A stretch of DNA of 64,000 nucleotides from Clostridiales bacterium (GCA_017513085.1 JAFWDK010000015.1:128001-192000), one strand, 5' to 3'; positions 1 to 10,864 are shown, counted from the first letter of the stretch. Made by a program: numbers and translations. The notes: generated by a model not told the origin, from the sequence alone.

Positions 1-579
1 GATGTATCCCTGGATCTCTTCTCGAAGCGCGGCTTCTCGGCTGTGTCCGTAAGAGACATCTGTGGCGCACTGAACCTGAAAGAGAGCGCGCTCTACTACC
101 ACTTCAAGAACAAGGAAGCGATCCTGACATATCTCTATCAGCAAGTAGATCAGCTGGTCGACAGGATGCGCGAGCGTTTCGATTCGGCTTTCTCCATAGC
201 AAAGAAGGTCTCCACGAAAGAGATGGCAGGTGTGGCGCAAGGATTTTTCGCGCATTATTATTGCGACAAGAATATCCGCAGATTGATCTGCATGTTAAGT
301 ATCGAGCGCTTGTCGGATCCCATCGCCAATGATAAGTACCTGAAGATCATGTACGAGATGCCCCTGGAACAATGCAATAAGGTTTTCCGCCAGATGGCAG
401 AGCGAAAGCTGATAAAAGATATGCCGGCGGATCTTCTGGCCCAAGAGTATCTGGGCATCATTACGATGGCCTTCGACAGACATATTCTTGGAAGCACCGA
501 CGTGGATCAAGGGATCCTCGCCGGATGCGAAGAAATCGCCCGGAATGTCAGTGCTTTTTACAAGGAGATCAAGGCATGA
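1..579 (+). CDS. TetR/AcrR family transcriptional regulator (5' end outside window)
   Basis: Frame open from base 1: LDLFSKRGFSAVSVRDIC...ESALYYHFKNKE, a TetR HTH signature. Stop overlaps next ATG (ATGA). Confidence 0.9.
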   Translation, partial: DVSLDLFSKRGFSAVSVRDICGALNLKESALYYHFKNKEAILTYLYQQVDQLVDRMRERFDSAFSIAKKVSTKEMAGVAQGFFAHYYCDKNIRRLICMLSIERLSDPIANDKYLKIMYEMPLEQCNKVFRQMAERKLIKDMPADLLAQEYLGIITMAFDRHILGSTDVDQGILAGCEEIARNVSAFYKEIKA

Positions 580-1499
580 GCCAGACAAAAGTATATAAAA
601 ATGCGAAGGCAGAAAAAGCGATTCGGGAAAGCTACGATGCGCTTCTCAAGATGTGGGGAACCGATATCGAAGAACGGGATATTTCCGGTCAGTATGGAAC
701 CACGCACGTGATTGAAACAGGAGACAGAAATACACCTCCGCTGGTGCTTTTTCACGGCGTGGGAGATGATGCCGCGCTTATGTGGGTCTATAATGCGGAG
801 GAGCTGAGCCGGCACTTCCATATTTTTGCCGTGGATACGATCGGCGGCCCCGGAAAAAGTATGCCCGGAGAGGGGTACGATAAAACTTTTGATGATGCCG
901 TCTGGATTACCGAGATCCTGGATAAGTTGGGATTGGAGAAGGTCTTTATGGCCGGGGTCTCCAACGGCGCGTATCTGACTCAGATGTACATGATCAAGCA
1001 TCCCGAGCGCGTGATCAAGGGCGTCAGCATGGCCGGCGTTCCTGTGAAAACATCCGGCAGCGGCAAAAAGGCCGCCATGAAGGCAATGATGAAAGTCTTC
1101 CTTCCGGAAGCGCTGTTTCCTACTGACAAAAATGTGAGGAAACTGATCCGCAAGATGACCGGCAACAATTACAGTGCTTTTACAGATAACGAGGTCGTGT
1201 TTCATCATTTCAAGCAGCTCATGACCGGGTTCCGGAGAAGTGCCATGATGAATCACAAGGTGCTTGGTTTTTCCGAAGAAGAGATCCTTTCTCTTTCTGA
1301 TCGGCTGCTCTGTATCGTAGGAAAGAAAGATCCGTTTATCATGCTCGGCGGCGCACATCTGGAAGAGGAACTGAAGCGATATCCTCTGCGTGTTGAATTC
1401 ATAGAAGACGCCGGACACGGGATCAATCATGAAAAAGCACTAGAAGTGAATGCCCTGATCGAAGATTTTTTCGGCGTGAGAAGCACCGGCCGTATGTGA
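576..1499 (+). CDS. alpha/beta hydrolase (esterase-like)
   Basis: LFHG oxyanion motif, GVSNG nucleophile elbow, C-terminal AGH. ATG at 576 is coupled to the TetR stop. Confidence 0.85.
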   Translation: MSQTKVYKNAKAEKAIRESYDALLKMWGTDIEERDISGQYGTTHVIETGDRNTPPLVLFHGVGDDAALMWVYNAEELSRHFHIFAVDTIGGPGKSMPGEGYDKTFDDAVWITEILDKLGLEKVFMAGVSNGAYLTQMYMIKHPERVIKGVSMAGVPVKTSGSGKKAAMKAMMKVFLPEALFPTDKNVRKLIRKMTGNNYSAFTDNEVVFHHFKQLMTGFRRSAMMNHKVLGFSEEEILSLSDRLLCIVGKKDPFIMLGGAHLEEELKRYPLRVEFIEDAGHGINHEKALEVNALIEDFFGVRSTGRM

Positions 1500-1506
1500 T
1501 CATTTT

Positions 1507-2061
1507 TCACGGATGTTTTCCGGGCAAACACTTCATATATGATTCGATGATCTTTTCCGGCTTTTCTTTCAGGCCCCTTGCTATCCACCATTTGACCGTA
1601 TGGATGAAGCTTCCGATGACGAACTGTTTCTTAAAAGCATCCGGTACATCCACATCCATATGCACGATGACTTCGCCAAAAGCACTTTCCAGATATTCGG
1701 TGAAGTATCTCGTAAATATCTTCTCCGACTCGCCGTTCATGATCGACCGGATATTCTCTTTATGGTCAAGAATGTGGTACAGGATATGCTCCAGAAGTGC
1801 CCGCATATCTTCGTGATTCTTCGAATAGTCGTGACTCTTTTCCGGCGTCAGAGTATCGGAGAAAACATGCGAAAACATTTCCTTACACATCTGTTCCAGA
1901 AGCTGGTCCTTCGTCTCAAAATGCGAGTAAAAAGTGCTTCTTCCGATATTCGCTTCATCGATGATCTGCTGTACCGTGATCTCTTCGAAACGGTACTTCC
2001 GAAGAAGTCCCGTCAATGCATCGTAGATGGCTGTCCTTGTTTTGATCTGTCGTCTGTCCAT
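1507..2061 (-). CDS. TetR/AcrR family regulator
   Basis: MDRRQIKTR...ITVQQIIDEANIGRSTFYSHF. Start moved to the ATG at 2061. Confidence 0.9.
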   Translation of the reverse strand: MDRRQIKTRTAIYDALTGLLRKYRFEEITVQQIIDEANIGRSTFYSHFETKDQLLEQMCKEMFSHVFSDTLTPEKSHDYSKNHEDMRALLEHILYHILDHKENIRSIMNGESEKIFTRYFTEYLESAFGEVIVHMDVDVPDAFKKQFVIGSFIHTVKWWIARGLKEKPEKIIESYMKCLPGKHP

Positions 2062-2159
2062 ATTTCCGTTCCCGTACATTTTCGCGATTCTGTTCAGTAA
2101 TAGACATATCGCCGATTCTGATTCTGTTATCTGTTTCACGTAGATTATATCATTTTATC

Positions 2160-2172
2160 GAACAGAGTGTTC
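2160..2172. promoter_or_regulatory. Candidate TetR operator GAACA-GAG-TGTTC
   Basis: Palindrome between the divergent TetR and DMT genes. Confidence 0.35.
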
Positions 2173-2200
2173 AGAAACTTCTGCTTAGAAAGTGAAACCT

Positions 2201-3073
2201 ATGACGAACAGAAAAGCCATCCGATATGCCATATATGCCGCACTTCTTTATGCCATCAGCACGCCCTTTTCAAAGGTCCTCCTAAAGGAGATCCCACCGG
2301 TCTTCCTGGCGGGGCTCCTCTACCTCGGAGCCGCGATCGGAATGTGCCTTCTCAAGTGCTTTTCCAAAGGGAAGAAAGAAGAAGGAAAGCCCTTCACCCA
2401 TAAGGATTATCCGTACCTCATCGGGATGGTCGTGCTCGATATCCTTGCCCCTGTATTTCTCATGATCGCTATCTCGAGATCCTCGGCAGAATCGGTGTCA
2501 CTTCTCAATAACTTCGAGATCGTCGCCACCTCGCTGATCGCTCTTTTTCTCTTTAAAGAGAAGATCTCTCCCAGGTTAGGTTTCGCTATCTTTCTGATCA
2601 CGGTCGCCAGTCTACTTCTCTCGCTCAGTGACATCTCTTCTTTGTCCTTCTCCACATATTCACTTCTTGCGATCCTGGCCTGTTGCTGCTGGGGACTGGA
2701 AAACAACTGCACACGCATGCTTTCAAAGAGTGCGCCGTCGAAGATCGTGATCATTAAGGGATTTGGATCCGGTACCGGATCCGTCATTGTTTCCTTGATC
2801 TGTAGAGAACATATCACGCTGTCCCCCTACATTCCTCTGGCGCTGCTTCTGGGGTTCATCGCTTACGGGTTAAGTGTCTATACCTACGTCTACGCCCAGC
2901 GCTACATCGGTGCGGCCAGGACATCTGCTTTCTACGCCCTGGCACCTTTCATCGGTGCATTTCTATCCATCGCGATCTTCCCGAAGATCCCTTCTGTACT
3001 ATTTGTTATTTCATTCATGATCATGGCGGCAGGGGCTTATCTCGCTGCCGAGAAAGAGAGGAAAGAGACATGA
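2201..3073 (+). CDS. DMT/EamA family transporter
   Basis: About 10 hydrophobic helices in two EamA-like halves. Confidence 0.85.
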   Translation: MTNRKAIRYAIYAALLYAISTPFSKVLLKEIPPVFLAGLLYLGAAIGMCLLKCFSKGKKEEGKPFTHKDYPYLIGMVVLDILAPVFLMIAISRSSAESVSLLNNFEIVATSLIALFLFKEKISPRLGFAIFLITVASLLLSLSDISSLSFSTYSLLAILACCCWGLENNCTRMLSKSAPSKIVIIKGFGSGTGSVIVSLICREHITLSPYIPLALLLGFIAYGLSVYTYVYAQRYIGAARTSAFYALAPFIGAFLSIAIFPKIPSVLFVISFMIMAAGAYLAAEKERKET

Positions 3074-3663
3074 AAAAGAACACAGAAAAAAGAGACTTCA
3101 AATTCGATAAGCGCGCCGACAAATACGACGACCACTTCGAAGGAAAACTATCGAAAAGATTCTATGCGCTTCTATACCGTTTTACCGGTCTATCCGATGG
3201 AGACAAAGTACTGGATGTAGGCTGTGGTACCGGAACGATCCTGAAGGCATTCCGTGACTTTCAGAATATCGACGGGCACGGCATCGATGTCGAACCGAAT
3301 ATGCTGGAGGTCGCCCGAAGGAAATGCCCCGACATGGACATCCGTGAATGCTCCTGCGAAAACACTCCCTATGAGGATGCATACTTCGATACCCTCACAG
3401 CCTGCATGGCCTACCACCACTTTCCGGATAAAGAAGCTTTCGAAAAAGAAGCCCTCCGGATCTTAAAACCCGGAGGACGCCTCTATATTGCCGATCCGAA
3501 TCTTCCGCATCCGGTCAGAAAACTTGTGAATTTCCTCTGCCGGAACATCAACGGAGAATTCTTCTCGGATAAGGAATTCCGAGAAAGATTTGAGAAGCAG
3601 GGCTTCACCTATATCGGAACACAGAAAGATAAGTACGCCCAGCTGGTCATCTTCCGGAAATGA
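3070..3663 (+). CDS. Class I SAM-dependent methyltransferase
   Basis: VLDVGCGTG motif I and RILKPGGRL. Confidence 0.9.
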   Translation: MKKNTEKRDFKFDKRADKYDDHFEGKLSKRFYALLYRFTGLSDGDKVLDVGCGTGTILKAFRDFQNIDGHGIDVEPNMLEVARRKCPDMDIRECSCENTPYEDAYFDTLTACMAYHHFPDKEAFEKEALRILKPGGRLYIADPNLPHPVRKLVNFLCRNINGEFFSDKEFRERFEKQGFTYIGTQKDKYAQLVIFRK

Positions 3664-3714
3664 CCCTTCGTGCGCACTCTTTCCGAACACGTATACCTCC
3701 TCAATTTAATCGGC

Positions 3715-4452
3715 TCACTTCTGGATATGGTATCCGCCATCCGCATAGACATTCGTACCGGTCATGTAGTCCGCAAGATCCGAAAGAAGGAACATCACCA
3801 CATTGGAGATATCCTCCGGCTGCCCGAGTCTACCCTCCGGGATGAGGGCTTCGGACTGCTTTCTGACCTCTTCATTATCGAATGACTTCTTCGTCATGCC
3901 GGTATAAGTAAAGCCCGGCGCGACTGAATTCACCTGAATATGGAAAGGCGCCAGATCCAGCGCCATCGCCGAAGTCAGGGCCACGATACCGCCCTTCGAT
4001 GCGGCATAGTCAGTCATGTTATTCCTGAAGATTCCTGCACGCAGGCAGCTGATATTCACGATCTTGCCCTGCTTCTTCGGGATCATTACTTTCGAGACAT
4101 ATTTCGACACGATATAGGTTCCTGTAAGGTTCACCGACAGGATCTTTTCCCAATCCGATGTCTCGATCTCGTAGAAAGGCTTACTGTTTCCCCAGATTCC
4201 GGCAGCATTGACAAGTCCGTCGATCCTCCCGAACTTGTTCTCTATATCACTTACCACACGGGCGATTTCTTCATCGTCCGTGACGCTGACTTCGTAGTGC
4301 GAATAAAGAGGATCTTTCAGGTCACTTTCTTTGGCATCGATACCGACGACATTGGCCCCGGATCGGATCAGTTGCTCCACACAGCTTCTGCCGATACCGG
4401 AAGACGCTCCGGTCACAAGAAAAACCTTACCTTCATTGTTCCATTCCTTCAT
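3715..4452 (-). CDS. SDR family oxidoreductase
   Basis: TGASSGIG, NAAG, YAASK. Confidence 0.92.
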   Translation of the reverse strand: MKEWNNEGKVFLVTGASSGIGRSCVEQLIRSGANVVGIDAKESDLKDPLYSHYEVSVTDDEEIARVVSDIENKFGRIDGLVNAAGIWGNSKPFYEIETSDWEKILSVNLTGTYIVSKYVSKVMIPKKQGKIVNISCLRAGIFRNNMTDYAASKGGIVALTSAMALDLAPFHIQVNSVAPGFTYTGMTKKSFDNEEVRKQSEALIPEGRLGQPEDISNVVMFLLSDLADYMTGTNVYADGGYHIQK

Positions 4453-4659
4453 GGTCCTGCCTCCGATCGAGATTCATTTGTTCAATTATATAGCATTTAT
4501 CACAGAAAAAGTGGCACAAATGAAGTGATTATATCAACGGTTGAATCGTTCCCGAAAAATGCATAGAAGTTTTACGAAAAAAGTACTTGAAAAGAATTTT
4601 TAATCATATTAGCCTCTTTATCAGGACGTCCAAATCCTACATTAAACGAGGCAAACAGA

Positions 4660-5649
4660 ATGAACCAGAAACAGCTTCACAACTTCATAGAAAACAGTAC
4701 AGGAAACGAGAGCAACATCTGCCAGATTTACGCCATAAAGGACGGAAAGACCGTCTATGAAGACAACTGGCGCGGCTTCACGACCGAGGATGCCATGAAC
4801 GTCAACTCCGTGACGAAGGGCATCATAGGTCTTCTGGCCGGCATCGCCATCGATCAGGGCTACATTAAGAGCGTAGATCAGAAGGTCATGGACTTCTTCC
4901 CGGACTACGAAGTCAAGCGCGGCGAGAAGACGATCTACGAGGTCACGGTCCGTCACCTTCTCACGATGACCGCACCATATAAATACAAGTCAGAACCTTG
5001 GAAGAAGGTTTGTACTTCCCAGGACTGGACCTTGACCGTACTGGACTTTCTCGGCGGCAGGAAAGGCATCACCGGCGAGTTTAAGTACGCCACACTCGGC
5101 ATCCAGATCCTTGGAGGGATCATCGAGCATGCCACCGGCGAGAAGTGCATTGATTTCGCGAACCGAACTCTCTTTCTTCCCCTCGGTCTTCCCGCGCGCA
5201 TCCCTCACGGCGATTCATCGAAAGAGGATCAGTTCGACTTTCTCATGAACAAGAATCCTCGAAAGAACGAGTGGTACTCCGATCCTCAGGGCGCCGTCAC
5301 TGCCGGCTGGGGACTCTGCGCTTCGGCAAAAGATCTGGCACGGATCGGTCAGCTTGTGGTACACGACGGCGAATACGAAGGTAAAAGGATCATCTCGAAG
5401 AAATATCTTCAGGACATGACCGCTTCGCATCTTAAGCTCGGCGAGCGTTTCGGCAACATGAACTACGGCTACTTGTGGTACACACCCTATGACGGAAAGA
5501 AGATCCACGCCGCCATCGGTGACTGCGGAAACATCATCTACGTCAACAAAGAGAAAAACGTATCTGTCGGCATGACAGGTACGTTCAAACCCCGTATCTT
5601 TGACCGCGTGGAGTTCATCGAGAAGCAAGTGCTTCCGCTCTTCTCTTAG
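4660..5649 (+). CDS. Serine hydrolase, beta-lactamase/AmpC-like family
   Basis: SVTK (SxxK), HLLTMT, FKYAT, YGYLW. Confidence 0.85.
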   Translation: MNQKQLHNFIENSTGNESNICQIYAIKDGKTVYEDNWRGFTTEDAMNVNSVTKGIIGLLAGIAIDQGYIKSVDQKVMDFFPDYEVKRGEKTIYEVTVRHLLTMTAPYKYKSEPWKKVCTSQDWTLTVLDFLGGRKGITGEFKYATLGIQILGGIIEHATGEKCIDFANRTLFLPLGLPARIPHGDSSKEDQFDFLMNKNPRKNEWYSDPQGAVTAGWGLCASAKDLARIGQLVVHDGEYEGKRIISKKYLQDMTASHLKLGERFGNMNYGYLWYTPYDGKKIHAAIGDCGNIIYVNKEKNVSVGMTGTFKPRIFDRVEFIEKQVLPLFS

Positions 5650-6158
5650 AGACCCAGCTTCTTATAGATCCCTTCGATGAAGGGTGTCTTATGCTGGATA
5701 TACTGATCGATATCATGCGGGAAAAGCACTGCTCCCTCTTCCTTTATGCGGCTGTATTCAACGACCGCCTCCGGATGAGCCCTCAGATAATCCCGGAAAG
5801 AAACATGCCGCTTCAGTTCCGATGCATCCTTACAGCAGACATACATGTGGTGATTTCGGAGGTGCTCTTTCCCTTCATATCCGAACACTTCACGTCCCGG
5901 AATGTCCTTGTTTCCTTCGTGGTAGTACCCGATTTTCGAAAGAGCACTCACCACGGAAGGAAACACGGATTCATCCTCGATCACCACATCGATATCGATG
6001 ATTGGTTTGGCAGAAAGTCCTTTTACCGAAGTACTTCCCACGTGCTCGATCCGAAGCGCCAGATCTCCGAGCGCATCTTCAAGCTCCGACTTTATCTTCA
6101 AAAAATCCTGCTCCCAAGCGCAATCATAGGGAACCACTTTGATCGTTCTCACTGCCAT
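5646..6158 (-). CDS. GrpB family protein (nucleotidyltransferase fold)
   Basis: IEHVGSTSVKGLSAKPIIDID, FRDYLRAHP. Start at MAVRT. Confidence 0.9.
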   Translation of the reverse strand: MAVRTIKVVPYDCAWEQDFLKIKSELEDALGDLALRIEHVGSTSVKGLSAKPIIDIDVVIEDESVFPSVVSALSKIGYYHEGNKDIPGREVFGYEGKEHLRNHHMYVCCKDASELKRHVSFRDYLRAHPEAVVEYSRIKEEGAVLFPHDIDQYIQHKTPFIEGIYKKLGL

Positions 6159-6172
6159 TTTTCTTTCCTCTC

Positions 6173-7063
6173 TTACTTCTTCTTGATCGGGATCCACAGC
6201 TCGCAGAAGACCTCCGGATGTGTGCCGTCGAAGTACAGCTCGTAGTCCGTCTGTTCCGATGCTTCGTAGCCCATCTGCGGCAGGAACTCCTTATAGAACT
6301 TCACCCATGTTTTCGCGATGCAATCGCCGTCTTCTCCCACACAGTCAAAGACCACATATGTGCCCGGGGTAACGTCCCAGATGCGGAAGCCTTTCTTTTC
6401 CAGTTCCGCCTGGTCAAACTCTTTCGTGTCCTCATCGATGATGATTCCGATGCCATACTCGAAGGTATCTTTTCCTTCAGTCGTCGGAGAGCAAAGACCA
6501 TAAAGATCACGCTTTCCATCTTCACGCAGCATCCAGATCGGAGAGAGCATCTGGTTGCTGTTGACCTCGCCCCAGAAATCCGCCACCTCGTGGTTGGCTT
6601 CGTCGTTAATGATCGCGTTACTGAATTCTCTTACCAGTGCGATAAACTTCTTTTCTTTTGTTTGAACAATACGGTAATCCATACTTTTACCACCTTTCAC
6701 AGATAAAGTAATCGTAAGCGGATTAAAAAGCACCAGCTTGACGGGTTCTTCTCTGGCTGTTTTTGGAGCAACACCGTGAAACCTCGTGAATGCTTTGGTA
6801 AAGCTTTCCGGTGTCTCATAGCCGTACTTCATCGCCAGATCCGTGATCTTCGCATCGGTCTCCACCAGTTCTTTTCCCGCCAGAGACAAGCGGCGGCTTC
6901 TGATATATGTGTTGGCCGTTAAGCCCGTCACGAAACTGAAAGCTCTGTGAAACTCGTAGCTCGACGTGTGCACCTGCCTGGCTACGTCTTCATAGTTGAT
7001 CTCCTCGAGAAGATGCTCTTCCATATACGTGATGGCTTTCTGTAATGCTTCGATCCATTCCAT
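6173..7063 (-). CDS. AraC family regulator with GyrI-like effector domain
   Basis: YIRSRRLSLA, YGYETPESFTKAFTRFHG, C-terminal CELWIPI. Confidence 0.9.
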   Translation of the reverse strand: MEWIEALQKAITYMEEHLLEEINYEDVARQVHTSSYEFHRAFSFVTGLTANTYIRSRRLSLAGKELVETDAKITDLAMKYGYETPESFTKAFTRFHGVAPKTAREEPVKLVLFNPLTITLSVKGGKSMDYRIVQTKEKKFIALVREFSNAIINDEANHEVADFWGEVNSNQMLSPIWMLREDGKRDLYGLCSPTTEGKDTFEYGIGIIIDEDTKEFDQAELEKKGFRIWDVTPGTYVVFDCVGEDGDCIAKTWVKFYKEFLPQMGYEASEQTDYELYFDGTHPEVFCELWIPIKKK

Positions 7064-7090
7064 GCTTTCGTCCTCCTTCTTACACGTCCA

Positions 7091-7303
7091 TTATGGACGA
7101 GATCCGTAAAGGGCACATTTCCTCGTTTGCGGAGTTTTGTCAGGTCCCTCGATATTGATTCCGGGCTCATATCTGATCGGACTCAGACGATAGGTATTCC
7201 CATCATAGAAAAGAGCATACTCTCCGTCCGCTTGTCCAAACTTGATTTCATCATCTTGATAGATTATATTCCATGCAGGTTCATCCATAGAGACCTCCTT
7301 CAT
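7091..7303 (-). pseudogene. Probable 5' gene fragment interrupted by the AraC promoter region
   Basis: GGAGG RBS before MDEPAWNIIY. After about 50 codons the frame runs into the AraC upstream region. Confidence 0.45.
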
Positions 7304-7332
7304 CGGGTATACTCATATAATATCTCTAAAAC

Positions 7333-8484
7333 CTAGATTTCCGTAAAGGACACTATGATCTTCGTTTTCTCCAGATATTCTATCCTGTACTGCTTTCCTT
7401 CTTCCGGTTGTTCTCCAAAAGCACTTCGTAACAGGATCAATCTGCTACCTGGTCTGGATGTAAGAACAGGGCGGAAAGAATGACGCTGTGCATATTCATA
7501 CTCTGTCCAGCCGACTTCGTTTCGGTTACACGCTCCAAGTTCCTTGTATGTTCCTTCGACAGCACAGAACTCGCCTGCTTTATACGACCTATAGTCCTCT
7601 CTGGCCCGCTCCGCATCCTGATACCATGTCCCGATCGCCCCGGCCAAAAACATGGCTATTACGATCAGTAATATCGCCGTAACTGTGATCCGGTTTCTCT
7701 TGGTTAACTTGTCCTTAAAATGTATCGGCTTGATAAAACAGCGGACTATAAATGCCACCAGTGCCGATACTGCAGTAATCACGATCGCTTTCAGGAAATA
7801 CTCTACTTCATACGATGAGTAGAACAAGAACCGTTCTATCGCGTTTTCCGGTGCCGCAGCAGAAAGAAATCTCGGATAGAATATCATTGAAAGCGTGAAG
7901 ACAATGGATATGAAAACGACGAGAACAGACGTACAGGGAAGTTCCCCTTTCGTCCTCTCCTCAGATTCAAGCGGATCGACCGGATACTCGATCTTATCCA
8001 TGTATCCGTGTCCGTTTTTAAAGTAGATTATCGTATTATCATACGGAACCGATACCCGTCCGGCTTTCGGAGCAATTTGTGTATGGATGCCCTTATTTCT
8101 TTTCCATCTCGATATCTCATTACGCTTAAAAACTTTCTTGTTGAACATACCGAAATACACCAGCACATCTTTAGTCAGAAGATATCTTCCACGCTTGATA
8201 GTATCGGGTATTTCTTTCTTGACGGCTTCCTGCATCTCTTCCGGCAAAAGTTTCAAACTCTTGTAGAATTTTACGTTGGAAACGATCTGATATATGAAAA
8301 GTCCTGATCCTGTAACCACTGCTATAGCAATCAGAAAACGGAAAAACAAATCTAAACTGAAAGGCCTGTCGGATGTCTCATGTAAATATACAAAAATCTC
8401 TGCCAGAAAAATAACAGGCAGCAGGCTTAAAAACCAGTATGTAAATCTCTCGTTCCTATAGTATTTGTTAAGTTTGTTGATCAT
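7333..8484 (-). CDS. Hypothetical multi-pass membrane protein
   Basis: Several TM segments; start at MINKLNK. Confidence 0.7.
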   Translation of the reverse strand: MINKLNKYYRNERFTYWFLSLLPVIFLAEIFVYLHETSDRPFSLDLFFRFLIAIAVVTGSGLFIYQIVSNVKFYKSLKLLPEEMQEAVKKEIPDTIKRGRYLLTKDVLVYFGMFNKKVFKRNEISRWKRNKGIHTQIAPKAGRVSVPYDNTIIYFKNGHGYMDKIEYPVDPLESEERTKGELPCTSVLVVFISIVFTLSMIFYPRFLSAAAPENAIERFLFYSSYEVEYFLKAIVITAVSALVAFIVRCFIKPIHFKDKLTKRNRITVTAILLIVIAMFLAGAIGTWYQDAERAREDYRSYKAGEFCAVEGTYKELGACNRNEVGWTEYEYAQRHSFRPVLTSRPGSRLILLRSAFGEQPEEGKQYRIEYLEKTKIIVSFTEI

Positions 8485-8537
8485 ACCAGTTCTATAACTC
8501 CAGCTCCGCCTGCTCATATCCGACACCGGCCGTGATG

Positions 8538-9251
8538 TCACTTCTCCAACCAGTATACCGCGTATTCGGCTTGAGGTACAAAACCATGACCGACCGCCAT
8601 CTTTGATGACATCGTATTCTGTGCATCCCAGTGCACGGTCAGACCCTTAGCATGACTTTGCCGGATCATCTCATAGACACAGTGATCGGCCAGTCCCTTA
8701 CCCCTGTGTTCCTCATCCGTAAACACGTCCAGTTCCACATGGTCTTCGAAAGTCAGGAAACTCGACGATGCCGACACGACCTTCCCGTCAAAAAGCACCA
8801 CCGCTCCGGTTCCTCTTTCCGAAAAGTCCTGGTAATCCGCATATCCCCGCCCATGATCGAATGGATGTGCTTCAAAGATCTCTTCTGTAAAAGAACTGAT
8901 GCTGTAGCCTTTCGGAAGTGGTTGCAGTTTCTTATCCGATGCACAGCGAAGCGGAGCCATCAACTCTCTTCGCAGGATAAACTTGATGGGAAGTTTACGG
9001 ATATACTCCTCCCATTCAGAACTCATACAGACCAGTCTTGTGTTATAGATCAAGTCCTGATTCTCTGCGAGAAATGCTTCATCCGGTTTTCCGCACAAAT
9101 ACGTAAAAATCGTCTTGTAAATCGCGCCGCCCGGATATGACAATACTGTCCCGAGCTTTCCTTCTTTACATGCCGTAAAGATCAGCGGTTCCTTCGAAAG
9201 AACGCCGCTTCCATCCTTGTTCCAGATCTCATAAATATCTTGCGTTGCCAT
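8538..9251 (-). CDS. GNAT family acetyltransferase
   Basis: EHRGKGLA acetyl-CoA motif, WDAQN. ATG overlaps the DinB stop (TAATG). Confidence 0.85.
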   Translation of the reverse strand: MATQDIYEIWNKDGSGVLSKEPLIFTACKEGKLGTVLSYPGGAIYKTIFTYLCGKPDEAFLAENQDLIYNTRLVCMSSEWEEYIRKLPIKFILRRELMAPLRCASDKKLQPLPKGYSISSFTEEIFEAHPFDHGRGYADYQDFSERGTGAVVLFDGKVVSASSSFLTFEDHVELDVFTDEEHRGKGLADHCVYEMIRQSHAKGLTVHWDAQNTMSSKMAVGHGFVPQAEYAVYWLEK

Positions 9252-9775
9252 TATTTTGTTACTCTGCCTTTCCGATATCTTCCGAACAGAATACCATCGT
9301 CGACATACTTGTCCGCCTGAGAGACCCACATAGGGAACTTTCCCGTAGCCAGCGCAGTTTGTCCGTTAAGCATTCCGGTGTGGAAGGAAATATGTCTGAA
9401 CTGGCGAAGTACCAGCTCCAATCGTGTATGCTCACAGTTTTCAGGACACTCGTAAAGCATCTCGTCTGTCAGCGAATCGAGATACTCATTTGTCTTCTTT
9501 TCGATGTTGTCCAGATATTCCAGCAGCTGTTCGTCAGTCAGAACCACAGATGTCGGGTTATCCGGATTATCCATACCTTCCTCATAGAATTCCGGTTCTT
9601 CAAAAACGCACGGGTTGATAAACCATTTGTCCGCAGAATGAAGTGCGTGAAAAGCCCATCTCCAGCACGGTGCGCCACAGCACAGAGCATCTCTGTCATA
9701 CGCCTGGATAGAAGTTCTTATGTTAAGGAAATTCGGTTTCACCATATCCTTGATTATCTTACATAACTCGTTCAT
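9251..9775 (-). CDS. DinB family protein
   Basis: WRWAFHALH...RHISFHTG histidine pattern. Confidence 0.75.
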   Translation of the reverse strand: MNELCKIIKDMVKPNFLNIRTSIQAYDRDALCCGAPCWRWAFHALHSADKWFINPCVFEEPEFYEEGMDNPDNPTSVVLTDEQLLEYLDNIEKKTNEYLDSLTDEMLYECPENCEHTRLELVLRQFRHISFHTGMLNGQTALATGKFPMWVSQADKYVDDGILFGRYRKGRVTK

Positions 9776-9858
9776 ATTCGGTCATCTTCTTCCTCATACT
9801 TTTTCTATATCATATCATGTTGTGCGGACGAAAATGCCATTTTAGAACACAGGTATAA

Positions 9859-10314
9859 TCACGTGGTCAAATCGTATTCAAATACCTTCTCGCCATCGAT
9901 GACCTCACCGGTCGCCTCAAAGCCGACGGATCTGTATAATCGGATCGCATTGACGTTGCTCTCCTTTGTGGAAAGTCGGATGTTTGTAGCCCCATTGTCT
10001 TTGAAATATGTAACAATGTTATTCAGTGCTTCTTTCCCGTATCCACGGCCCTGATACTTCTCATCGATCATGAATCTCCATAACCAGTACCGGTCATTGG
10101 GATCTTCGCATGCCAGGTCAAAGGCAAACATGGTGAACCCGACTGCTATCCCATCTGCATAGATCACAAAAGGTCTGGCGACATCCGGGTGCTCTTTCGC
10201 TGCTTCAAATGAACTTGCGTTCGTTGCGATGTTCTCCGTCTGCGCTTCCGACACTTTCATGCGAAAGCATTCCTCTTTATTCGCTTCACTTAGAGGCCTC
10301 AATTCAATACTCAT
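9859..10314 (-). CDS. GNAT acetyltransferase (polyamine acetyltransferase-like)
   Basis: WRFMIDEKYQGRGYG, NVNAIRLYRSVGF. Confidence 0.88.
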   Translation of the reverse strand: MSIELRPLSEANKEECFRMKVSEAQTENIATNASSFEAAKEHPDVARPFVIYADGIAVGFTMFAFDLACEDPNDRYWLWRFMIDEKYQGRGYGKEALNNIVTYFKDNGATNIRLSTKESNVNAIRLYRSVGFEATGEVIDGEKVFEYDLTT

Positions 10315-10326
10315 ACTCGACCTTTC

Positions 10327-10854
10327 TCAGTTTCCCATGATCCAGAAGAAAAACTTAAAGACTCCGTAAAAGAATGCTGCCGAAATGGCAAGGTACAAAA
10401 GGCTCCCGAAAAAGTGGGTCTTCGTCTGGCTGTTATAATCGGCCAGCGGAAGGTTATCATCCGGATTATTCGGATCATAGCATATCGTCTGCTGCTTCGT
10501 TTTTCCAAACGCCCAGGAACCATACCCGCTTCCCTTGTATGTAGTTTCTCCGACCTCAAATTCATAGAAAATGACCATACCGCGCGATCTTGTTTCAAGA
10601 CGTCCTTCTTCATCCCGCGTCTGATATGTATCCTCATAGTGGTTTGTGATCCGGCCTTCCGTTCTTTCGGTAAGATGCGCCAGTTTCTTTCTAGCACGCA
10701 GTTTTTTGGGAATTGAATTAATCTCCACAGCCAAGAATAAACCGACAACGGCCACCGCTATAAAAATGCCCGCTGATTTCGGATCACGGAGCATGTCCAT
10801 GCCCCAGAATTTCACAAAAGCTGCCAGTCCGATACAATACAGGATTATGAACAT
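10327..10854 (-). CDS. Hypothetical membrane protein (DUF3592-like)
   Basis: TM, beta-rich loop (YEFEVGETTY...YDPNNP), TM. GAGGTG RBS. Confidence 0.65.
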   Translation of the reverse strand: MFIILYCIGLAAFVKFWGMDMLRDPKSAGIFIAVAVVGLFLAVEINSIPKKLRARKKLAHLTERTEGRITNHYEDTYQTRDEEGRLETRSRGMVIFYEFEVGETTYKGSGYGSWAFGKTKQQTICYDPNNPDDNLPLADYNSQTKTHFFGSLLYLAISAAFFYGVFKFFFWIMGN

Positions 10855-10864
10855 AATTCTCACC

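Noticed and set aside
4660-5649. Calling this a true beta-lactamase resistance gene
   Set aside because: No signal peptide, and this SxxK family includes many esterases and amidases.
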